A stretch of 25,558 nt of DNA, taken from Cyanophora paradoxa CCMP329. Its lineage: Eukaryota > Plantae > Glaucophyta. The first letter of the stretch is position 1, and every line of letters begins with the position of its first letter. Of this stretch, positions 18,101 through 25,558 are shown in pieces. Under the pieces are notes generated by a model. The model worked only from the letters and a program-made list of their open reading frames with translations, ran no database searches and was not told where the DNA came from. The position numbers were made by a program, and so were the translations under genes. The stretch is taken from positions 1 to 25,558 of the forward strand of contig QPMI01000554.1 in NCBI GenBank assembly GCA_004431415.1, written 5' to 3'.

Positions 18101-20496
18101 TGGGGCGCCGAGGGCAAGGCGGCCCGGGGTGGCCAAGGAGGCCCTCAGCGCCGAGACGCTCTTCTCGCGGCGGGTACGGCGAACAACGACGGCATGTCTT
18201 TCGGGGCAGCCGATTTATTTCAGGGGGCGGGCATCGACTTGGTGGGCGCCGGGCTCGGGGTACGGGCTCGCGGGCCATGCGGCGGGCGGGCGCGGCGGCG
18301 GCGGGCCTTGGGCTGGCGACGGCCGGCGCCTGCTCTCGGCCTACCAGGCGCTCTCGCAGGCAAGATAGGGAGGCGGAGTTCTTCGATACGTTCCGCGATC
18401 AGATGATCATGACGGTCGGCTCTTTTGGCCTTCAGACGGGCATGTCGTCCGCCTAAGCGCCCTCACGAAAATGAGGATCGGCACGGTGGGCGACTTGGCC
18501 TGTCCATCCTCGCGGGCGCCATCGCGCAGGTGATCGTGGATATCATCAACGGGCGCAGCGCGGAAGAAATCGTGAAGAACTTTTTCAAGTACCCCGTCGA
18601 CTGGGCGGCCGACACCATACAGTTCATTGCGCAGCTCTCGCAGCAGATCTACGATTGGGGCGTCGAGACGTGGGGCGACGAGGCGAGCCAGCTGCGCAAC
18701 CGAATTAATCGGCTGGAGGGCGAGCTGGGCTCCGGATTTGTGGGGGTGTACGACCCCTCGGAGGCGCGCGAAATGGCCTCTCTCTTGGCCCAGGAGCTGC
18801 GGTTAAACGAAATAAAGGAGCCGAAGGAGCTGCAGGCCTTCATTCGCGCGCTCGACAACAGCATCAACGATTACCGTACCCCCAAGGACCAGAAGACTCT
18901 GCTCGAAATTGATCGCGCAACCGTGCTCTTCCTCTCTCAGCTCACCGTTAAAATGCAGGAGGGCTTCGGGTCGACCTCGCTCGCCCTGAGTCGGCTGATG
19001 CGCGACCTTAAGCAGATGGTGAAGGAGGAGACCAAGGGACGGAAGCGCGTCTTAATAGCCGTCTACCAGGAGGGCCTCAACAGATCAATCACATCGAAGC
19101 CCTAAGGCGCGAATTCGGCTCGGCCATCCGTCACTCGGGCGTCTCGTCGAACGGAGGGGCGCAGGTGGCCCGCCTGGCGGACGCCAACTCGCGCCTCGAA
19201 ATTCCCGGTACCTTCCGCATGCAGGATTGGTGGGAGGCCGAGGCCTTCAGGAATTACGGGGCCTTCATAGACAACGGGATTAATTCGCAGAGCCCCAAGG
19301 CCAACTGGCTGGTACCCAAGGCGTACGTCGATAAATTGATGGACAGGCCCTCGGCGCCCTACACCAAGAAGATCGCTAAAGGCATCGAGTACTGGGCGCC
19401 CTCGGCTGACCAGCCCGTCTTTGCCTCGCAGAATTACGAGTGGCACATGGCGCCGGGGGCGAGTCAGGCAGTCAGCACCGTGGGCGTAATTGTGCCTCAG
19501 CTGGCGACGGTGGCGCACACGGGTGAATATGAAGATCTAAAAGGGAAACCAACGATACCGACCGTACCAACAACGTGGGGGTGGGATAGCATTACAGGTA
19601 AGCCGACGCAGGCAACCCGGAACGCAGCCCAGCTCGAGTACACAGTGAGTCAGCCCGTCAGCACTGTGGGCGTCGTGCAGCCCCGCTTGGCAACAGTTGC
19701 GTACACTGGTGATTTCGCCGATCTTAATGGCAGGTCACACACACACTCGATCTCGGAGATAAGGGACTGGGCGGGGGCACCGGATCTATCGGGGTATGCC
19801 CTCTCGACCCACAATCATACTGGTGTGTATGCAACGGCGGGACACGATCACGAGGGGGTGTACGCCCCCTTCACCCACAGCCACGCCCAGTATGCTTTAG
19901 CAACTTCCCTCGACCCCTTTACCGCCAATTACATCAACTGCATTAATACGCTGCGAGTTGGTAATGGGTATGCATGCACATACGACATCCAAACTGCGTT
20001 CGAGCCAACGGGATGGAGAGATTACGTGAACAGCGTAACGTACGCCTGGGCCGCTGACAGCACCTTGACAAACTTTGAGCAGAACGTAACGTACCCCGTC
20101 TTTGCGGAGCAGTGCAAGGGCGATGCTATCTTCAGAGACGTGTATGTACGAAACCCCCGGGATGCACAGAAAGCAAACCGAGTTGTTTCAACTCAAGAGT
20201 GCAACCCAAACGCTTACACATGCACAGCGCGGTACAATCTCATCGAGCAATGGAATGCGAACCCGGGATGGCAAAATGAATCCAGGAGCTACTTGGTTAC
20301 GCTCCCTGTGACGTATGACCCATGGCCTACAGTGGTGGCTACCCTTGATTTGTGGGATGTATCAACGTCCGCCCCCCTCACAGTACAAACCAGCGTAAAT
20401 GGCTACCAGGTTTACGTCACATGTGGCCCCTTCAGTGGTTCGGCGATTCGCGCAAATGTCAATGTGGTTGCATTCGGTTCGAGATCCACGACATAA
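15109..20496 (+). CDS. Giant (~1,800 aa) fibre/coiled-coil structural protein, split by multiple frameshifts
   Basis: ORFs 15109, 16377, 16688, 17269, 17415, 17639, 17902, 18425 and 19165 chain through overlapping frames (the 19165 frame is open back to at least 19081). I saw no internal promoter motif. It has HxH fibre repeats near both ends, a Gly linker, a TM-like segment and a long E/K/R coiled coil. Confidence 0.7.
15865..15969 (+). repeat. 30-nt coding tandem repeat, (GGGTGGGSTG)x3
   Basis: Translation PGGGTGGGSTGGGGTGGGSTGGGGTGGGSTGGGGTG. Confidence 0.9.
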
Positions 20497-20518
20497 TCTT
20501 TTCTGAATGCAATACAAA

Positions 20519-21331
20519 ATGTCAGTCGCCGTCCCTCTATTCACCTATGCCGCCAGCGTGAATCACAAGGCAGATCACACAATAAAAGAGACGGTCCTCG
20601 GCAACCAGGCCACCGAGACCCCCTACAACGCCACGGCCGTCCCCTTCTCCGAGGCCGACCTCGTCCGCGTCGGCGAGCTGCGCTGCGACAAGATGCGCAC
20701 GCGGGAGGGCGGGTCAGCCGTGCCGGGGCGCGTGAAGACGCAGAGGCTCACCGTCACGAACGGGGCCTGGGATGGGAGCGGGTACTCCACGAACCAGCTG
20801 ACCTTCAACGGCACAGGGGACGGGGAGTCAAATGCGGCACTGTACGTCCAAGGGGGTGGCGCGAACGTAGTCGGCGGTTTGCGTGTCAGCGGAAACACGA
20901 CGCTGACGGGCACGGTCACGACCACGGGCATCAACATCAACAACTTTCCGATTCGGTATTTCGGGCCCCTGTTTTACAACACGGGGTCGAACAGCGTTGC
21001 GTACATTCGGCTGTATTTCAGTGCCCTCGATCAATACGGGAAACCACCCTACCTGTACGGAAACTTCAAGGTCATGGGCCACGGGTACTCTGACCCAGTC
21101 AGCGACTGGCACGTGGCCTCCCAGGGGTTCAGTCAGAATGGCACCGGTCCCCAGTATGCAACGGTTGCTTCCAGCCAATCTGCACCCCCCATAACGTGGC
21201 ATGCGCATGATCTAGTCAACAAGTGCGTCATATTCAAGGTGACATTCGGGGCACTCGGAAACTTCGTTGGGAACATCTGGGCGGAGACCTGGATGGGAGA
21301 CTACACGAGCATGACACTGGGACCGCTTTAG
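20519..21331 (+). CDS. Short fibre/spike-like protein
   Basis: ALYVQGGGANVVGGLRVSGNTTLTGTV fibre-shaft-like repeat followed by a beta-rich head; AAAATG at 20519 after TTTTCTGA. Confidence 0.65.
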   Translation: MSVAVPLFTYAASVNHKADHTIKETVLGNQATETPYNATAVPFSEADLVRVGELRCDKMRTREGGSAVPGRVKTQRLTVTNGAWDGSGYSTNQLTFNGTGDGESNAALYVQGGGANVVGGLRVSGNTTLTGTVTTTGININNFPIRYFGPLFYNTGSNSVAYIRLYFSALDQYGKPPYLYGNFKVMGHGYSDPVSDWHVASQGFSQNGTGPQYATVASSQSAPPITWHAHDLVNKCVIFKVTFGALGNFVGNIWAETWMGDYTSMTLGPL

Positions 21332-23496
21332 AGCGTGAATCGTATGATCACGACCCCGGATCCACCGCTGCCGCTTTCGTAGCTATCGCCGGATTGGTAG
21401 ACATACCCACCGCCCCCCCCACCTGAACCAGTCCCATTCATCCCGTCCGTAACTGTTACCGATCGGACCGCGGCAGTGCCGCCCTGCCCGCCCCCGTTCC
21501 CGCCGACGCCCGCTCCAGAGGTGGCTGTCGAGCCTCCTCCGCCGCCTGCTGCGTACCAGAGGGCCGATCCAGTGATTGAATTTTGGATTCCACTGTATCC
21601 GTTCTGGTAGTTGGCATCCGCGGATCCCATACCCCCGCCGCCCGCTCCGAAGAGGCCGGTGTTTGTAGTCTTCGAACGGCCATCCGAACCGCCGGCAATG
21701 TACGAGGAGGTGTCCGCGTTCCAGTAGGTAGCGCCCTGCGTCGATCCACCCCCTGTACAGGTGCGGTCGTCGTTTACGTCAGACCCACCCCCTCCACTTC
21801 CACCGGCAGTTCCATTGTACTTGTTTGCACTGTAGCTGCTGTCGTAGTACGAGCCACCGTAGCCCCCTCCCTTTCCCTCAACGCTGAGGCCGTCAAACTG
21901 GATTGTGGCACCGTTGACTCGGATCGAGCTCGCGCCACCGGAAGCCCCCGTAGCTAGGTAGGAGTTTACCCGCCCGACCCCACCGGAGCCGACGGTAATC
22001 GTGTACGTGGTATTCGACGCAAAGGTTTTGTTGACCATGTACACGGCGCCACCCGCGCCACCCCCACCGCCAATGGAACCACCCCCGCTGCCGCCCCCGC
22101 CGACCACCAGTAAATCGCACTGCGTGTTGGCAGCAAAGGTGATGGTGTTTGTTCCGGACGTGGCCAGGAATGTATAGTAGTAGGTGCGCCCCGACAAGAG
22201 GGTCGCCGTTGCGGGGGAGCCCGCCGAGGTAATGGCAGCAGAATTCAACGTGATGAGGGACGACCCGGAGAGGGGACCCTCTTCGTTGGCAAGGTTCACG
22301 GCAGAGACGCTGTACGTGTAGGTGCTGCCCATTGTGCCTCCTGTATCCGTCCAGGTGGCGATTGGCGCGTACACGGTCTGAACAAGACTGCCGTCGCGAT
22401 ACACATAGTACTTGTCCGCGCCGAATGGGGCTGACCATGTTAGGGTTACGGACGTCCCCGATGAGGTTGCAGACTGAATGATGGGAGCTGCCGGATCCGT
22501 GGTCACGTAGAAGGTCAAACTCTTTGGTCCCTCCCCTGCCGAGTTCGTCGCGGAGACCTGGTATTCGTACCCCGTACCCCAGACCGTGGTCGCGTCGAGG
22601 TAGGAGTTGGTCGCGGAGTCTTCGAGGTAGGCCCCGTCCCTGTAGATCTTGTACCCCGTCGCCCCCGTGGGCGCCGTCCACACTAAGCTGACGGGCTGCT
22701 GCTGATCGTTGGGTGCAGTCGCCGTCACATTCGTGGGCGCGGACGGCTTCGTCCAAACAACGAGGGGATCGGACTTTTCGTATTCGACCCCGCCCACGAT
22801 GCCGGCCACCTGTAGGAGTATTCCGTACCCACGCAAGGGCAGTGCTATCGTCAATGTACGAGTAGACAGGGCGCTGCCTGCAAATCCAATTGGCGTGCCA
22901 TTCCTGTAAATTCGAATCGAGTCCACGCCCTCCATGGCCACCCAGTTGATTGTGACGACAATGGCGGTTTCGGGAAGCCCGAAGACGCGGGGCCGCCCCT
23001 GCGATAAAATCGCCGTAGTCTGGGCCGTGCCGTCGTGAGGGTGTGTAGGCTTCGATCGTGGGCGTGGAGCCGGTAGACCTTGGAATTGAATGTAATTGCT
23101 CATGGTACCCTCATGGGTGTAGAGAAGCGTCTGTGCGTAGGTGGTGGGCGGGGCCTTGCCGTCAGAGCCCGTGCTGCTGCTGCCCTGCTCGCGCACCGCC
23201 GCCACGCGGTAGAGCCGCAGGGCCCCAAAACTAAAGGGCGAGTCCGTGTAGGTGACGGTTGGTGCGTTCACCGTGGCCACGAGATCCCAGGGGCCGTTGA
23301 TGCTGGTAGCCCTGTACACCTTGTACTTGACGGCGTTGGTGACGGCAATCCAGTTCATTCGAAATCCGTAGGTATTGTTCCCGTTGTTGGGTACATCGCC
23401 CGATCGGATCTGGGGCCTGCCCACAGTCAGCGAGATCGGCTCCACGCCGTACTGCGGGCCTGCACCACTGTTCTTCACGAATACGAAGCGTGGCAT
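21328..23496 (-). CDS. FN3-repeat protein with C-terminal glycine-rich (polyglycine II-type) domain; putative adhesin
   Basis: About four FN3 units (LxW...A..YxxYR.G...TYTD...YxYxVSAxN..GEGP.S), then DLLVVGGGGSGG...GSGGSGVVIIRF. Confidence 0.85.
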   Translation of the reverse strand: MPRFVFVKNSGAGPQYGVEPISLTVGRPQIRSGDVPNNGNNTYGFRMNWIAVTNAVKYKVYRATSINGPWDLVATVNAPTVTYTDSPFSFGALRLYRVAAVREQGSSSTGSDGKAPPTTYAQTLLYTHEGTMSNYIQFQGLPAPRPRSKPTHPHDGTAQTTAILSQGRPRVFGLPETAIVVTINWVAMEGVDSIRIYRNGTPIGFAGSALSTRTLTIALPLRGYGILLQVAGIVGGVEYEKSDPLVVWTKPSAPTNVTATAPNDQQQPVSLVWTAPTGATGYKIYRDGAYLEDSATNSYLDATTVWGTGYEYQVSATNSAGEGPKSLTFYVTTDPAAPIIQSATSSGTSVTLTWSAPFGADKYYVYRDGSLVQTVYAPIATWTDTGGTMGSTYTYSVSAVNLANEEGPLSGSSLITLNSAAITSAGSPATATLLSGRTYYYTFLATSGTNTITFAANTQCDLLVVGGGGSGGGSIGGGGGAGGAVYMVNKTFASNTTYTITVGSGGVGRVNSYLATGASGGASSIRVNGATIQFDGLSVEGKGGGYGGSYYDSSYSANKYNGTAGGSGGGGSDVNDDRTCTGGGSTQGATYWNADTSSYIAGGSDGRSKTTNTGLFGAGGGGMGSADANYQNGYSGIQNSITGSALWYAAGGGGGSTATSGAGVGGNGGGQGGTAAVRSVTVTDGMNGTGSGGGGGGYVYQSGDSYESGSGGSGVVIIRFTL

Positions 23497-23534
23497 TTCC
23501 TCTACGATCCGAAAAAATATCTGCGCCGGGGTAA
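23497..23534. promoter_or_regulatory. Divergent promoter region (FN3 adhesin / two-repeat protein)
   Basis: TATTTTTTCGG on - and ATATCTGCG...TAAATG on +. Confidence 0.55.
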
Positions 23535-24980
23535 ATGACTTCCAACTGGTACCAGACCCTCAGCGGCTCACTTGACGTTGGCAACAACACCAAGGATTTC
23601 GCGCGAATCCCCTCCGGCAGTTACGTCGACGTCTTTCTGCAAAATCCTGTGGTGATTCAGGTCGTTCAGAACGCCTACGCCACGCCCAAGATTTACTCCT
23701 ATCAGCTCTTCTTCGACCCTTTGAGCCTCAGCGCAGAGGTCATCGAGCTGCTGCACGAATCCGGCCTCGTGAAAAAGGTGGCGCCGGCGACAGCCACGGC
23801 CAACGTCCTGCGCTGTTTGGAAGTTAAGTTCAGGGAGACGGGGTACGGCCCCACCGTGAACCAGTACACAACTACCGACCTGCCGGGTACGGGTGCGTAT
23901 ACGGCGCGGGGTACGCTCAAGGGCGACGTGCTCTTCACAAAATTCAATCCGAGTCCCGCCACCCTGGGGGCCCTCTACACGGGCGGCAATCCGCGCGCTT
24001 CCGGGCTACCCCGCTTTCCCTTCACCTTCTTCAAGTTCCAGGTCTTCCCCCTCACGTACGCCGCAGACCAGCCCCATTTCAGCACGGGCGCCAGCCTCTG
24101 CGCGGAGCTGCGCGAGTGCTCGATTTCCTACAGGCACACCACCGGCTCCGACGCCGTGCAGCCCGCGGCCGCATCTCGGGCATCGGCAACGACATCGCCC
24201 TCTTCTACGATAATCTTTCTCATTCGAGATCGCAAAATGCCGACCACCTCGGCACCATCGTGAAGACCGTGCTGCCTACCCCGATTCTACGGCGACACCG
24301 TAGCGGCCAACGCTGGGACGGATTCCGTGGTCTGGGACGGCAACTACGCCTCCATGCTGACCGTGAAAATCCAGAATCCAGTCATGCTGCGCATCACCTC
24401 CAACGACTTCGAGAATCCGCCTCCTGCTTGTGTACGTTACTTTGACATCGACTCGGGCGTGAGCGCGGACGAGGCCGAGCCCTCTGGCTTTCCGCCTCCT
24501 TAAAAAGATAAGCCTCCGTACCCGATCGGCCCGCGATTCGCGTGCTCGAGCTCAAGTTCACTGCGAACACCGCCCTCACCCCACATTTAATGGCGGCTCC
24601 AAGACTCACATCGACGTGCTGCCATCGATAGCACGCGCAAAACTACACAGGCCGTCCCCTTTGAGATGTACAACCTCTGAAGATGACCGCAAAGGAGATG
24701 ATGACGAATGCCACCACGGGCGGAGTCTCGGTACCTCGTTTTCCTACGATTCCTCGAATCCCCGTACCAGGTCTGGCCCCGGCTCTCTTCACGAAATTCA
24801 CTTTCAAATGTACAACAACATTGCGGTATGCTACCTCTGGAATGGTCGTGGCTCTACCCTCATGGCGAGCTGATAAAGCGAGCAGACTACACCACGCACC
24901 ACCAACCTGCAACGCACGGCTACAAACTACGTAGCTGGAGCACATCGACCGTGAGTACGACACTAGATTCACAACTATAG
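23535..24980 (+). CDS. Hypothetical two-repeat beta protein, frameshifted after ~24160
   Basis: TAAATG start; 242-aa ORF continued by overlapping frames whose peptides repeat motifs of the first half. Confidence 0.55.
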
Positions 24981-25002
24981 CATCTAGACTGGCTAAGCTG
25001 CA

Positions 25003-25326
25003 TTAGCGCTGTGCCGCCTCCATCATCTCCGCAATTTCCTCGCTCTTCTCCTGTAAATTGGCGTACCCCTCTCTTCTGCGAATCTCCGACATTGATGCCA
25101 CGTAGTCTCCTCCTGTAGTCCAGCGGGTTGCCGTTAGTGTTCCACGTAACGTCCACGTGGCGACTTCCGAGATCAGTTGGAAGGTAGGCTTGCGCCCTCC
25201 GAACGTCTTGCTCACCCTGTCCCTGTCCACTCTCCAGGGAAACTCCAAGGCACTCGGGGGTACGTCCGAGTTGACCAGGACGTTGTAGGCGACGTCTTGC
25301 GAGTCGGTGCACCGGAGCAGGGCCAT
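25003..25326 (-). CDS. Hypothetical protein
   Basis: 107-aa ORF preceded on the - strand by TTTTTCTGACC...AAAATG. Confidence 0.65.
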   Translation of the reverse strand: MALLRCTDSQDVAYNVLVNSDVPPSALEFPWRVDRDRVSKTFGGRKPTFQLISEVATWTLRGTLTATRWTTGGDYVASMSEIRRREGYANLQEKSEEIAEMMEAAQR

Positions 25327-25350
25327 TTTGCCCTAGGTCAGAAAAACCTG

Positions 25351-25406
25351 GACTTGGGACTTGGGACTTGGGACTTGGGACTTGGGACTTGGGACTTGGG
25401 ACTTGG
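25351..25406. repeat. Perfect tandem repeat (GACTTGG)x8
   Basis: Counted directly; non-coding context. Confidence 0.97.
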
Positions 25407-25510
25407 GAAGAGTTGAAAACCCAGGTCCCGGCCCAGACTTTCTCCAGGATCAGAAATTTGTCAGACAAGTCAGGTGAGTTTTTCTACCGACTTTTTTACT
25501 CCTACCAACC

Positions 25511-25543
25511 CTCGTAGTCTTTTTTTACTCGTAGTCTTTTTTA
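25511..25543. repeat. Direct repeat CTCGTAGTC-T6/7-A x2
   Basis: Copies at 25511-25527 and 25528-25543, with degenerate flanking copies. Confidence 0.9.
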
Positions 25544-25558
25544 TCGTATCCCATCTCG

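Larger units (their letters stand above)
7092..25558. mobile_element. Endogenous dsDNA virus segment, mriyavirus-like (Yaraviridae/Gamadviridae-related)
   Basis: Dense, apparently intronless genes: A32 ATPase, A22/RuvC, VLTF3-like, two HUH endonucleases, jelly-roll-like and fibre proteins, with a shared upstream motif. Confidence 0.8.

Noticed and set aside
19462-19725. Diversity-generating retroelement (RT plus repeated fibre segments)
   Set aside because: The RT is LINE-type, and differences between the repeats are not adenine-specific; both copies lie in one ORF.
25351-25406. CRISPR array or true chromosome telomere
   Set aside because: No spacers; only 8 units, with unique sequence on both sides.
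24920-25468. 182-aa minus-strand ORF with SQVPSPK repeats
   Set aside because: TTG start, a simple translation of the heptamer array, and it overlaps the better-supported 25003..25326 gene.
7092-25558. Polinton/Maverick or virophage assignment
   Set aside because: No pPolB, rve integrase or viral maturation protease seen (the Ulp1 is inside the LINE); RuvC + VLTF3 + two HUH fits mriyaviruses better. Not fully excluded without the MCP.

Overview
Eukaryotic, GC-rich window with two nested mobile elements. (1) 1-7091 (+): the 3' part of a non-LTR (LINE-type) retrotransposon, with RT motifs GLPQG and YA/DD, RNase H, a CCHC knuckle, an unusual C-terminal Ulp1/C48 protease, a 3' stem-loop and an A12 tail. 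(2) 7092-end: a gene-dense dsDNA virus segment. It encodes a DUF5679-like Zn protein (cut by the retroelement tail), a poxvirus A22/RuvC-like resolvase, an A32-like packaging ATPase, a short VLTF3-like factor, two adjacent Rep-type HUH endonucleases (short and long), small membrane proteins, a probable single-jelly-roll minor capsid protein, and a block of fibre/adhesin genes. It ends in a non-coding (GACTTGG)8 and T-rich repeat region. From memory this gene set best fits the Mriyaviricetes (yaravirus/Gamadviridae-like small relatives of Nucleocytoviricota), here apparently endogenous. Almost every viral gene is preceded by a T-rich TTTTC(T/C)-type motif that behaves as a promoter. No major capsid protein, polymerase, helicase or integrase is recognisable in the window. 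Most ORF breaks I checked are single-base losses in short homopolymers, probably assembly errors. All family calls are motif recognition by eye, not database searches.
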